Source of the DNA: Nageia nagi
Lineage: Eukaryota > Plantae > Pinophyta
NCBI GenBank assembly: GCA_050084985.1
Contig: JBITNC010000001.1
Span: 112,468,001-112,532,000, forward strand
Direction of reading: 5' to 3'
DNA length: 64,000 bases
Position numbers and translations under genes: made by a program. Under the pieces are notes generated by a model, which saw only the letters and a program-made list of their open reading frames with translations, was not told the DNA's origin and made no database searches. Shown here in pieces: positions 13,751-27,272 of the stretch (position 1 is the stretch's first letter; each line of letters begins with the position of its first letter).

Positions 13751-14369
13751 AATGTTTTTCAACTACATCCTATAGAAAATAAACTAATGAATAAGAAATC
13801 AAGAAAAAGTAAATGATTCCAATAAATCCCTCAAATACTCATTTATTGTATGTACATTTTAAAAATAACATAATCCATATGTTAAATTGTCAATGTTTTA
13901 TACAAGAGATTGATGTAGAATTTTTTTTTTTTTTTTAAAAAAGATATTACCATAATCATTTTCTCATTGTTTCTAAAAATAAGAATCATGTTTATAATTA
14001 AATATTTGATATAATAAAATGATATTTAAATAAAACTTATTCAAATTAGAATCAATATTATACAACAAATTAAGGCTCTACAAATGAGAATAAATATTAT
14101 ATTTATTTTATATAAAACTTATATCATTTTGTATGATATTCATATTTTAAACCATCCTATTCCTTTTAGTTCAATGATTCAAAAATTCTAACCTTGTGAA
14201 TTAGAAAGAACATCAACTTCATGTGAGATAACTATACAAGATCTTTTTAAAATATCACTATCAACCTTAATATTAAAGAACTTTTATTAAAAATTTGTTA
14301 AAAGTATTCGAAGAATGTAGTTATATATAATTTGGAGCAAAATTGTGATTAAATTCATGTGAAAAAGGA

Positions 14370-15915
14370 GCCATCATGAAAAATGTGAGGAAAACGTTAT
14401 AACTAAACCACTAAAAACTTGAACCAATATGGTCATGAGGGTGAATCTTGACAATATTGTTGCAAAGAAAAGGGAGAGAAGAATCATTAACAATGTGCCA
14501 AGGCTTACCATTCTCAAGGAAATTTTGGATAATTTAAGGTATAGCTAAAGGAATACTTTCATTAGATGCTTCATTGCACTAATGTTGTATTTAGATAATA
14601 TTCATAATTGAATTAGTAAACATTGGAAATTATCTTGACAAGTTGATATGGTTGCTTTACCTCATGAATTTTTAGTTTTGTTTTATAAAAATGCATAAGA
14701 GATTGATAAAGTTATGAATTTGGGCCCTTCATTTCTAGGTCAAAAGGAGCTACTTTAAAAATATTGGCATACTAGTTTCTATCTTAAGAAGGATATCATT
14801 TATGGTGTTCTTGTAAAAGTGTATTCACCTAATTTACCGACATATTATTTGGATATGAGTGTGATTTTTGGAATTGTAAATATAGTATGATTGTTGTTTT
14901 CAATTAAAAAAGTCACAAGAATTGAAAATAGAATTAAGGAAGTTGAGTTTTTTGTTAAAACTAATATTACAAAGGAATTGAGGTAAAATATCTATATTAA
15001 GGAGGAAGATGGAGAAACTTGGGAATAAGAAATAGTTTATGAATATATGCCTATTTGCTATAGCATATGAAGAAAAATTGATTATTATGCCAAGGAATAT
15101 TAGGATAAGATAGAGAAAGAGAAGATGTAAATCCCTGAGTCATAGGAAGAGTGGAATATCCATGTGAAAAGGAATCAAGGATTCTAGAGAAATGATTAAT
15201 TTCTAGCAAAGAGAGGTGGATGAAATTTTAGAAGTTTGACAACTTATGATACTAGAAACCTATTTAATTCTTTGAATCCAAATTAAGGTATTAAAATAGC
15301 TAAAATTAGAGAGAAAGAGATTTTCTATTAGCAATCACAGATAGAAAAGTAATAATTAGCAAAGGAGAAATGGAGGAAGCCAAAAGTAGGAAGTGATAAA
15401 GAGGTGAAGTATAAAATACAAAAATAAGGGGATATATCAAGATAGGTCATCAATAGATGATGAAAAAATAGGAAAATATCAAGAAATGGAGGTTGATGAA
15501 TGAAAGAAAGCTCTCATAAGAAGATATTTTGACAATAAAATGAGGAAGAGACAAGATATATGTAGAGGAAATATGTGGAAGATGTCAAATTATGAATTAA
15601 GAATAGAGAATATAATTGAGGATATTACATATAAAACATAATGCACTATAGAATAGAGTAATGATTGTAAGATACCATGTGGTACCCAATGATTATTCTT
15701 AGTTAGAACATATGAGGATGTAATATTAAAAATATGTAGAGGATGATCAAGTACCTCTAAAGAGAATTTCTTATTTAAAGGGGAGTATATTTTTTTGGAA
15801 AGAATAAGATGGCCTATTAATGAATCTATTTAGATTATGAAACCTAACTATTCTAAAAGGTATTCTCTATCTTAATATATCTAATATATGTCTTCATACA
15901 CATAGTAAAATAATA
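14370..15915 (+). mobile_element. Decayed LINE ORF1 remnant, copy 3
   Basis: Colinear with copies 1 and 2; zinc-knuckle remnant CYSI*RKIDYYAKE at about 15055-15097. Confidence 0.75.
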
Positions 15916-15942
15916 TTTTTATATCTAATATATCTAATATAT

Positions 15943-16520
15943 CTATTTGCTATAGCATATGAAGAAAAATTGATTATTATGCCAAGGAATATTAGGATAA
16001 GATAGAGAAAGAGAAGATGTAAATCCCTGAGTCATAGGAAGAGTGGAATATCCATGTGAAAAGGAATCAAGGATTCTAGAGAAATGATTAATTTCTAGCA
16101 AAGAGAGGTGGATGAAATTTTAGAAGTTTGACAACTTATGATACTAGAGGAAGAGACAAGATATATGTAGAGGAAATATGTGGAAGATGTCAAATTATGA
16201 ATTAAGAATAGAGAATATAATTGAGGATATTACATATAAAACATAATGCACTATAGAATAGAGTAATGATTGTAAGATACCATGTGGTACCCAATGATTA
16301 TTCTTAGTTAGAACATATGAGGATGTAATATTAAAAATAGGTAGAGGATGATCAAGTACCTCTAAAGAGAATTTCTTATTTAAAGGGGAGTATATTTTTT
16401 TGGAAAGAATAAGATGGCCTATTAATGAATCTATTTAGATTATGAAACCTAACTATTCTAAAAGGTATTCTCTATCTTAATATATCTAATATATGTCTTC
16501 ATACACATAGTAAAATAATA
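15943..16520 (+). repeat. Near-identical local duplication of 15051-15256 joined to 15542-15920
   Basis: Essentially base-for-base match by eye (one mismatch noticed, 15735 vs 16340), with an internal deletion of about 285 bp. Confidence 0.9.
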
Positions 16521-18139
16521 TTTTTCAACTACATCTTATAGAAAATAACTCAATAAACAAGAAATCAGGCATAAGTAAATAATTCCAATAAATTCCTCCA
16601 ATACTCATTTAGTATATGTACATTTTAAAATTAATATAATCCATGTTTTAAATCGTCAATGTTTTGTACATGATATTAATGTAGAAAAAATATAACAAAT
16701 AAAATTAGATAATACCATAATCATTTTTCTCATTTTTTTTGAAAACTAGAATCATGTTTATAATTAAATATTTGATATTAGAAAATAATATTTAAATAAA
16801 ACTTAACATACATGTATTTTAGTGTCTAATCTTACAATAACATTTTTAAAAAGATAGTATTTATAATGAATAATGTATATGTTACTATGGAATTTTTTAA
16901 ATAATTGTATTTAATTCCATTATAAATGCTACATTTTTATTATTAGATAAGTAAAGTAATAAAATAGTTTCTTACCATTGCTATTTGTATGATGTATCTA
17001 TCTTCAAAGCATTTTTTCACTTTGGCAATGAAATAAACAAAAAATATATTTTATATATCTTTTGTATGAACTGAATAACTTTTGAATGAATTCAAACTAA
17101 TCATGCATGTTTTATTCTTTGTATAGTATATGGCACTAGTCCATCAAACATGTGTGAGCCTAGCACTATTAAATAGAACAAATGCACCAAGTTTCATAAC
17201 TCTTTCTGATTTTTCAAATAATAGTGTACAATTTAGAAAACATAATTGATGTTGTTCATTCATGTTCTTGTTGATGTTGTTTGCTACTATTGTGCTCTTA
17301 ATATGTGATCATAGTTGTGATGATACTATATAAAAATTTAACATGTTTGGAGTATCTATACTTTTCTAGATGTGGTCAATGTAAATAAAATAATTAAAAA
17401 ATTAAATCCAAAGGTTAAAAACCAAAAAAGAAATTCAAAATTTAAAAATTATTTCATGGTGGGCCTACTTTCTAACAAATTTTAAGTTTTGGATTTGAAA
17501 ATGAGCTTTGAAAGCTCAAAGGAGATGACTATGACTTAATGAAATATTAAATTTCAAAGAATTATAGGTAGAGATAAAATAAATAAAAAATAATTTATTT
17601 TTGAACTTAACTTCAAATAAATTTTGAATTTTTCTTTCACTAATTTTAACATTAATTTAAACAATTGTATAATTATTCATAATCCATATACTTTTATTTG
17701 AATTTCTTTATGATTATTTATCATCATCTTGCAAAATATAAAAACTAGAAAATGAGTACTAATCAATATTCTAAATAGTCATAATAATATGATATATAAG
17801 CCATTATATAAAATTACACATAAGATCATCACTATTATAATAGCAACAAAATGTATCTAATAGTGTGAAATCAAATCTATCTAATATTTTATGTTTAATT
17901 TAATTATGTTGGTACTCAACATTGGAAGTTTTGAGAAAGCAAGTTCCAATCACCTAGCCCAACTTAATGAGAAAATAATATCCTATTCACTCAACTTGAA
18001 AATAGAAATAATAAAATATAATAAATTATCCTATCCATTCTTTAATGTTGAATTAGCCTTCAAGTTAAAAATTGAGTTTCAAATTCTAATCCTCATGCAA
18101 AAATAATTTTTAATGAAAACATGATATAGTTAAATGAAT

Positions 18140-18325
18140 CTAGCATATACACCCCTATCACTTATCATTAATAATTTGTAATCATGGAATTCAAACAAGA
18201 GACACAATCTACAACATCTATCGGTAAAGGTAGTGTTATCTCTAGACTTCATATTCTCCAAGGCATGCTTTAATTGGTTAATGTTGAGAGCTGTATAATA
18301 TTATGGATAATGGTTATCTACAAGT
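18140..18325 (-). pseudogene. Relic 2OGD last-exon end plus 3'UTR fragment
   Basis: Aligns with 25738-25935 (tctagc..cacccctatcact; caatcta; ttctccaaggc..ttggtt; tggata.tggt..tc.ac.ag). Confidence 0.65.
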
Positions 18326-20462
18326 AGAGTATAAAAATAATATTTACACTACATAGAAATGCTAAAAAAGAATAGAGAAATATGTAACTATATTCAAGAC
18401 AATTTAGATTTATTATTGCATAAGAAATATATTATAATCACAAGGTGGGTCTATTCTACAACACCCAGTACAACATCCTTCCTAAAAAAAAAATCTACTA
18501 TCCTAGATTATACAACGAAGAGATTACAATCAAATTCCTACATCAATATATGAAATAAACTTTTACAAAATTATTTATATATAAATCTATTTCCTCTTAG
18601 CTTCTAAATGAACTTCATAACTTCCATGATGAGTTTATAATGCAAAAAATGACTTCAATTTCTCCTATACTAGTTTGGAAAATAAACATTAAGACAAAGA
18701 AACATGCATGGAAAGATGAATAAAATATAATAAAAAAATTTAAAATCATACTAAGTTAATATCGTAAAATATGAAGTTAAAATATTATTATATCCCTAGT
18801 GCTAGTGTTATGCCTAGTATTACTAATATAAAATAATATATTTCTTCTAGGTATAAGTCAAACTGAGCTTCCCAAGGTCGATCTCAAGTCATGCGAAGAA
18901 GTTAGATAATAATTCATGGTCTAGAACATGTCATATCAACTATAAGATGATCCTAGATGATGCTAACATCTATTTCCACTATCTATTGAATTACTAAGAA
19001 ACTTTATTTCTTATTGATTTCATTTCAAATCAAAAGATGAAAAAATTTTAATGAAAAATTGTATGATACCCATGACCTTCATATGATGTAATATTTTTAA
19101 TATTATAATACATATTTATTGAATAAGAAATCGATGTACTAGGCTAGTATGAAAATTGATATTAGATATTATATTTTTAAATATCTAACATTCAAAAAGG
19201 TTAAATTAGAATAAATGTATATACTAAAATATCTAAATTTATTTATTATTTCAAATTTAGAGTGATATTTGATAAATATAGGTTTCAAATCTTTCAAACG
19301 GTTTGATAATATTTTAGTTTTTGCAAACTAATTAATTAATATGTTATACTTCATTTGTTCAAGATTCAAAATAAGTATCATTGATATTACATATATTTTC
19401 ATGAACTAGATAAGTTGTATAGCATGGTTAGGAAAATCAACCTATGCAAAGGAAAGGAAAATGTAAAAGTAAAGGTAAACTAGCTATTGCAACCTTGTGT
19501 AATGGGTTAATCGTAGATTAATAATTATGCTTTCTAATTTTAGTTGTTAATTTTTTATTCAAAGAGATAACATAATCAACACATTTAATTAATATGGATT
19601 TAATTAAAAAATAAATAAGTTTCCAACAAGATGTTGAAAAATTCAATTATTTTCTAACAAAGAAACAAAAATTAGGTATCTTGGAAGTGGTTAAGTTGAA
19701 ATTTTTTTCGTGGACATCATTTTCTCTACCCCAACTTGATCTCTTTATCCTCAAAAATTTTTCCTTGTCCTCTTCATCTTTAAAAACCCTTATGCTAGGT
19801 CAGCATGAGAGGTTGCTCTTCCACCAAACCTACCAACTTTTTGGAGCCATGGAGTGGCCCAATGGTAGTGTTATCTCTAAAATGCACACAACTAATAGTA
19901 GATTCTAAGATAGATTGAAAAATAAGAAAATAGAAACTAGAAAAGAAAACTATTTAGATAATGAGGTGCCTTTTCTAGTAGTATTCTACTCTTATGTACA
20001 AGGTAATTTAGCAAGCAGATGGAAGGAAATATAGGAGTTGAGATTAGAAATGGTAACAAGAAAGTTAAATAGTCAATGTAGAAGTAGTGTGACACAATGA
20101 TGAATGCATTGATGGTGATGGCTAAAGGACCATGCTATTGGCAAGGGTGTTTTTTACACCTCATTGATTTTGCTATTAATTTATAAGTAGAATCCATCAT
20201 ATTGTTTTCCAACTTAATTGTTAAGGGAAGCTATGCGATATCTCATCCAATTTGAACTTACACATTCTAAGGTTCCAATGCCCAAAAAGTAATTGATAGT
20301 AGTATTAATCATGGTTTGAAATTAACAAACCTACACTACATGCAGTACTTTTGCATTGATCACTCCATTCATTAATCCTAATAAAACCAAGAGCAAAGTA
20401 CACATCGAAGTTATTCTACTTTCTTAATGTCAAAGTACCTTGTTACTCTACCTAGTTATTCT

Positions 20463-21770
20463 ATTCGATTCATATCTCTTGTAGGAATGTTCCTTACAAT
20501 ATTCCTAGGGTTAAGCATGTTTTTAGAACTATATTCATTGCAAATTCAAAGATTCTTCATAACCTTAGTAACATTTCCAATAGAATATTTAATAACCTAA
20601 ATGCAATTGTCAACGTTTCTAAGAAATTCTTTATCTTTAACTTCCATATCATTCAATGCATTTATTGTATTTGGAAATATAATTCACTATCCTCATCTTA
20701 CTCAATTAGTTTTTCAAATTTACCATATATCTCACATGTTCAATATATCTCCTATAACAAAAGTGTGAATACTATGTCAACTTCAATCTAAAGACATCCA
20801 AGAGTCTTCTTATTAACTCTATATTTAATCAAGGTACTTACTTAGAACATCATCCTTGTTGCCCACTTTAGCAAAAATATTTTAAAGGAAAATATATTAT
20901 GGAATATATTTGGTCTCCAACAAAAGTAATTGTTGCCATATGGAATCCCTAGTCTTACATTCATAAGTGTTGTACACAAAGACTTCATTGCACACCCAAT
21001 TTAGTTCACCTGCTTAGTGAAAGGTGATCAGTAATACATGCATAGTTATCTGCCCAAGAATAATTATAATAAGTGTTACTAAAGCACCCATATACTAATC
21101 CTCCTTGGTTATTTTCAAGTACAATACATAAAAATGTTATGCTATTTGCATGGTTCATTGGATCCACTCTTTGAAGCATTTCTACAACTTCTTCTAAAAT
21201 TCCTATCATGGTACATGTTGGAAGGATATGAAAAAGGTTGTGGGTTTGGGATTTACTCTTAAAAAATTTAGCTTCCTAAAAGTCTCTCATATTATTCATA
21301 TTTTCCCATTGCTACACGTTTATTAACTATTGCATGCATTCTTTATGTTTTATAGTTTGTATACACTTCTACTAGTGTATTCACCATTGCAACATCTAAT
21401 ATTCTTTTAAATATCCTTTAGAGTGGGATTTAATGGTTCTATGAATGGTGGATAAGATATTCTCCAACAACCCAAGCATAATGTTAGCTATCCATGTTGT
21501 TGGCAGAGTAGCCATCCTCAGCCCCCACATAAATCTAATAGACACATGACATAATACATTAATCCTTTAAAGAATTTTCATCATTAGAAATAGTCCAAAA
21601 ATGATTAACAAATTTTTTTTGAACATTATGCATTCTCCCTCTTCAAATAAAATGTCTACGATGTAAAATAACCCTCCCAAGTGCATAACCAACTATCATT
21701 ATCAAATATAACTAATTTGTATTCTAAAAGAATGCTTACACATACAAAGGAAGCCTAAACATATACCATG
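20463..21770 (-). pseudogene. PPR E/DYW pseudogene, copy 2 (DYW C-terminus deleted)
   Basis: ORF 21006-21209 (GILEEVVEMLQR...NSITFLCIV..GLV..DNYACITD) is PPR-like. Colinear with copy 1 but truncated near the RD.NR motif. Confidence 0.8.
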
Positions 21771-23131
21771 TGTATAGAAAATGAAACATTAGTATACTAA
21801 AATTAATTTAGCAATTTATACGCATACAAAAAATATGAACAAGTTAAAAATAAAAAGTAAGAGATAAGTAACACAAAATTATATTGAAGAAATCTTACAT
21901 AAATTTTTTATTGAATACAAAACATGGAAAATATAATACAATGCATGCAAGTGCTTTTGAATTAAACACTTATATACTTTGGTTTTTTATGATAAAGGAA
22001 TAACCATTTCTTTTTAGCACAAAATTATTATGTCTACAACTCATAAGAAACTTGTGGACAAGTAACTAGTAGTGACCTAAAGAAAAATATGAATACATCA
22101 GGGCAAGGACAGTAGGAGGAGAAAATATAATATCTAGATTTAGAAAGCTTTATGAGGACATATGAAATAAGTAAAAACCAATATTTTTCCTTACCTCTCT
22201 CATTATTTGAAAATTTAAGGTTGGTATTCATAGCATTGGCAAGAGCTCTGCTCCTATTTTGATCCAACTAGTGGTTCAATCACATTTTAGCTAGGGAGTT
22301 ACATCTATAGAATGTTGGACACTCTATTTTAGGAAGAACATCTCTATATGGTAGAGCAAATGGGGATGAAGATATATGGCCACACTAAAGAAGATACTCA
22401 TCTCAAAGCTAGAATGTAAGATTAATCACCTCGAAATATATATCATCTTCTTACCAAAAAGAATACAATCTGTATTGAACTAAAACCATCTCATTCCCAA
22501 ATAGACATTTAAGTGTTGCTTATGTGATCCTAAAATAAATTATATCTTGGATGCAAGCCCTCTCTTCCACAAATTTTGATTTGCACTCTCTGCATTGGGA
22601 GATGCTAGAAATATCCCCTTCCTTAGTGCAATGCAAGTGCCCTACCTAGGCCCATCAACCTTGCTGATCATCCATTGACCCCTCCAAGGTAAATATACTT
22701 TCATGCTTCTTCTTCTCTCCCATTTTTCATCTTTGCCCTTTCCCTCTCCCTCAGTACTCCTACATGCGGGATCATCATGCCACCTTATGTTTAATGTAAG
22801 TATGAAAAAATAATTTGTAGTTGCTTGGCAGAGTCTTCAATGGTGCCACCTCATTTCAGCTCATATTGAGTTTATGATATAATAGATTTAACAAAATTCA
22901 TTTTGCATACCATACATTCCTTTTATAATATAGAAAGAAAACCTTTTCTATATTATAATATATAATGTTTTTCCTAATAATTTAAATAAGTAATAAAAAA
23001 TAAAATATTATAAATATCTTTTAATTATATTTACAAAAATTAATATATGATTTACATGTCATATATATATATAAACCTCAAGCATCAATGCTTCATTAAA
23101 TGGTAACTTAGAATCATTCATATTATTTTCA

Positions 23132-23133
<2 letters not shown>

Positions 23134-23195
<62 letters not shown>
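23134..23195. repeat. (TA)n microsatellite flanked by an exact ~65-bp direct duplication
   Basis: About 30 TA units; 23071-23136 is repeated at 23198-23263. Confidence 0.95.
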
Positions 23196-23197
<2 letters not shown>

Positions 23198-24734
23198 ATA
23201 AACCTCAAGCATCAATGCTTCATTAAATGGTAACTTAGAATCATTCATATTATTTTCAGGATAGAGAGTATTGGTAGCACATAAATAAGTTTTCTTTGGT
23301 TATTTCAATGTGTTGTAGGCTATCATAGATTCAAAGGTCTATAAATGTATAATATAACAAGTCAATTAGATAAGGAACATGTTTAAGAAAAGAATTATAT
23401 TTTAATCATATATTGATTTTCTTATTAGAGAATAATTAATCATCTACTTAAATGTTATTTTTATCACATATGGTAATATAGATTTTAAAAAGATCTAAAA
23501 TCCATTATATGTTTAGTATTTTTGTGCAATTACATTGCAAAATGTATGTTTAAAAATATCTATATTTAGCTTGATATAGTTAATACGAAAATTATATCAA
23601 TAATATTTTTTATAAAACTTTAATAATATGTTATCATATTAGTAATATAATATTTCTCTATTATAATATTTGATGGTTGATTACAAGTAGTATTTTCTAT
23701 TTTTCTTTATGCATATCTAACTACTCATATCATGGGAAAATGATGAAAATATAAAAAAGTCTCATATAATTAACATAGTTACTACCTCTTCAAATTGATA
23801 TATTAATCAAAAAATTGATATTTATTTCACATATCTCACATAATAACAAGGTTGTCATTCTTTAATTACTAATATCCCTCCATACAATGCTATTTAAGGG
23901 TGTAAATGAACAATGAAAGACATGTTATAATATGAAAAGATTTTAATGTATTTTAGTAAATTAATTAGATTTACTATTCTAATTACAAAATAATCATCAA
24001 AACATTCTAAAAAGTATTAGTAATTATGTAGACTAAACAAATCAACTTTTGGAATGAAAAATATCAATTAGAAATTTTAATTACCTAGATAATTATAGTT
24101 ACTTAAACATATTACATTAAGATTATATTGTAATGCATTTTTTAGTTTTATTGTTAGTTTGATAAAGTCAGTATGAATTTTATATATTTTTCTTTTCGAC
24201 ATCAATTATACTTGACCAAATGTGATGTTATATTCTTGCATAATCCTCTAAATTTTGTAGCTCATAATGATTGAGGGAGCAATCTATGGTATTTAACTAG
24301 AATACAAAGATAATGCAATATATTTATGGTTTTTAATACATTTTGATACTTATAATATTTTAAATCCACTATGTCCTTATGCATTATTAAGAGGATATGT
24401 AGATACTTTATTGTATTATTATATTCTCTACTAATATGACTACAAATTACTAGAGTAAAATAACATGCAAATACCATATTATCAAAGTGAATACATGAAA
24501 ATTTCATATTCTAATGAAATGGTTGAAATTCATAATATTATAATAAACTTTCAATTCATATATATTTAACTATATATTTGTTTACTATAAATTTTATGTA
24601 TGATTAAAAAAAAATATGTATTTGTAATCTCTAAAAACTAATAAATTATTTATCATTTATTCAAGATCCTATAAAAAAAATTATGTATAATCTTACCAAT
24701 TTACATGATAATAAAATAAATAATAATAATTTTA

Positions 24735-24764
24735 AATAATAATAATAATAATAATAATAATAAT
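24735..24764. repeat. (AAT)n microsatellite
   Basis: About 10 perfect AAT units; the source of the poly-Tyr tract in ORF 24661-24843. Confidence 0.9.
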
Positions 24765-25808
24765 CCAAAATTAATTGTGAAAAATTATTTTGATTTGTAG
24801 AGACAATTTGAAAAGAAAATAAAAAAACTATATCATTATGCACATATTAATAATTTTTCACTTTCAAAATTCTTAAAGAATAATGATTGTAGTATTAGTA
24901 AAAATATTTTATTGGACATAATAATTCTAAATTGATGGAAATGATTATGAAAATAAATATTTTTTTATAAGAATTGTAATCTAATAAAATATTTTTTTAT
25001 ATTCTTCATAATGAAAGAATATTGTATTTAATCAAATAAAAATTAAAGTAAATAATAAGATAAATGCTGAACTGTACTTTTTTAGATATATCATTAGAAA
25101 ACAAAATAACATCCATATAAGAAATATTAAAATTCAAATGGAAAATGTTACATTCAATGAAATAAAAAATATTATATATAATAATTACAAATGAAATTAA
25201 AGAATAAGATACTAACTGAAAGTATTCATTATAAATAAGTTCATATCTATTTCAAAGTATGATATTGAACTATCATGCTTTAAAAGATCATATTTATGAA
25301 CAATAACACATGTTATTATGGTAAATTTATTTTTAATATTAATTAATTCATTAAATATTTGTTATAAATTTTTTATATTCGATACAAACATCTTATTTAT
25401 CAATTAATTGATTAGTTAACAGATATAGTATCATAATATGTAATATTAGTATAATGACAGCACACGTGACCATGTAAAAAACAAAAAAAAACCTAAATTC
25501 AAAGGCTAAAATCTATTTCATGGTTGACCTTTTCTCTAGCAAATTCTCAATAGCAGATTTGAAAATAATGACCTTCCAAAGTTCAAAGGAGGATACCTAA
25601 TATTTAACAATCTGCTGAAAATAAACCATATATAAAATAACTGTAATAAACCATTATATAACATGAATGCCTTTAATAAAAATCGAACATAAAACACGTA
25701 ACAATAAAATCAATACATAATTAACCCAACCAATCATCTAGCTCACACATCCCTATCACTTTCTCCTTTAACAATTTTAAATCACAGAGTTTGAACAAGC
25801 TGCGCAAT

Positions 25809-26890
25809 CTATAACCCTGCGTATGTATCGATCAACGCAACCTTCTCTTTAGAATTCGCTTTCTCCAAGAAGGCACGCCTACATTGGTTCAATGTGAAAG
25901 GTCTATAACATCGTGGATAGTGGTCGTCCACCAGCTGAGGAGGAGCCCACATCTCTTTCTCGCTTGGAAAATGCACGCCACATCCGTCCACCCTTTCTGA
26001 ACCACTCGATGCTCCGCACTTCGTAACATTCCGTTGCCCCATGCCTGCACTTTCCTTCATTACTTTGTATCCACAAAAACATTATATCAACACCAATAAC
26101 ATCTTCCTCACCTTAAGGCAATCGGCGATATTGATAACAAATGAGTCCGGTTGCGGCTTCACGTCCAACCACTTTCCTAGCTTGGACCGAATCTGGAGGC
26201 CGCCCTCATTACCTGTGTACAGGATGGTAGAGATCCCGCTATCTGTATGAGCAATAAGAGCCTCGTCCTCTATCGATTTTCCGTCAGAAGTATAGTGAGT
26301 GATATGCACTGTATACATGCGGTTCTGTAAATCAGATTCGTAGAAATGTTCGACGTCCAAATCGAGGGTTGCAAGCGTGGTTTTAGTGATAGTTAGCTAG
26401 AGATCTGCCAAGAGGAGCATATATGCTCCAACTGTTTTGCTGAAACCGGATAGGAGGACTGGATTAATTTTCAACTTGTATAATAACAGCATTATATGAG
26501 CAGAGTAAAACAGCATACCAGAATAATGGATTTCCGTGTTGTGGCCATATTTTGCGAAACATTTCAACTACTGATTCTGAATGACGTAGATTGAGGATTG
26601 TGAAACTCTCGCTGCCATTCTCACCGGCATAGCTACCCAATCTTTGTTTGACCTCGGCGGGCATGGCACATAGTTGTTGGACGGCTGATTCTACGTCTTG
26701 AAGAAGAGTTTGTTGAATTTCATGGTTGACAACTCTGAAAAATCCCAATTCTGGGCAGGCGTCTTTCACTTTGGCGACGACCTCTTGATAGTGGGCATCA
26801 TGAGTTGTTAATGCGAATAGTGAAAGGTCGATCAGAGGGAGATCAACTTTTAAGACCAACATCAGGGGAAGTCTGCAGAGAACACGCCAT
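25809..26890 (-). pseudogene. 2OG-Fe(II) dioxygenase (DOXC class) type A, 3 exons, pseudogene
   Basis: Exons 26890-26519, 26439-26112 and 26044-25809 with GT-AG introns of 79 and 67 nt. DIOX_N motifs (DLPLIDLS..ACPELGFFRVVNH), HxD (AHTDSG), GLQIR..W..V.P..FVINIAD and distal His (SAEHRVV) are present. Defects: +1 frameshift at codon 14, in-frame TAG at 26399-26397, and a 16-17 nt exon-3 deletion removing the RxS motif and shifting frame. Confidence 0.9.
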
Positions 26891-27009
26891 GGTAGAGGAT
26901 CTGTGGCAGGGAAACGACTGAAAAGATATACAAAATAGAAGAAAATATCACACGAATACCACAAACGATGATTTAATAGCAATGCGTTATCTCAGTCACT
27001 CATACACGC

Positions 27010-27022
27010 AGAATATATATTG
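27010..27022 (-). promoter_or_regulatory. Possible TATA box of the type-A 2OGD gene
   Basis: TATATAT about 125 nt upstream of the ATG, conserved in the paralog at about 46493-46502. No transcript data. Confidence 0.35.
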
Positions 27023-27272
27023 ATAAGAGGAGTGAAAAATAAATACTGCCTTCTACAGATTATTGAGAAATTTATCAAATTTGAACACATTACATAGAGA
27101 AATAGTCAAAACAGACCAAACGAACATTTTCTGACATTACATCGATCAACCAACAGAAACACCCGCCGCCATGTGTTTCTCCTCATCTTTATGTTGAAGT
27201 TATCTTCCTATAATTCATAGGAAATGTATCAGGATGCAATATTCTATGAACATGTTTAATAGACGGCAAAAT

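Noticed and set aside
25463-25468. G-box CACGTG downstream of type-A copy 1
   Set aside because: Not conserved in the three paralogous flanks, and a single hexamer is weak evidence.
26917-26962. 5'UTR intron in type-A 2OGD
   Set aside because: A good acceptor (ttttcag) is present, but the nearest donor gives an intron of only about 45 nt. It cannot be supported without transcripts.
25809-26982. ORFs 26464-26982, 26082-26360 and 25809-26060 as an intact 2OGD or as separate proteins
   Set aside because: They are exons of one gene read into UTR and introns. The spliced model has a frameshift, an in-frame TAG and a frameshifting deletion.
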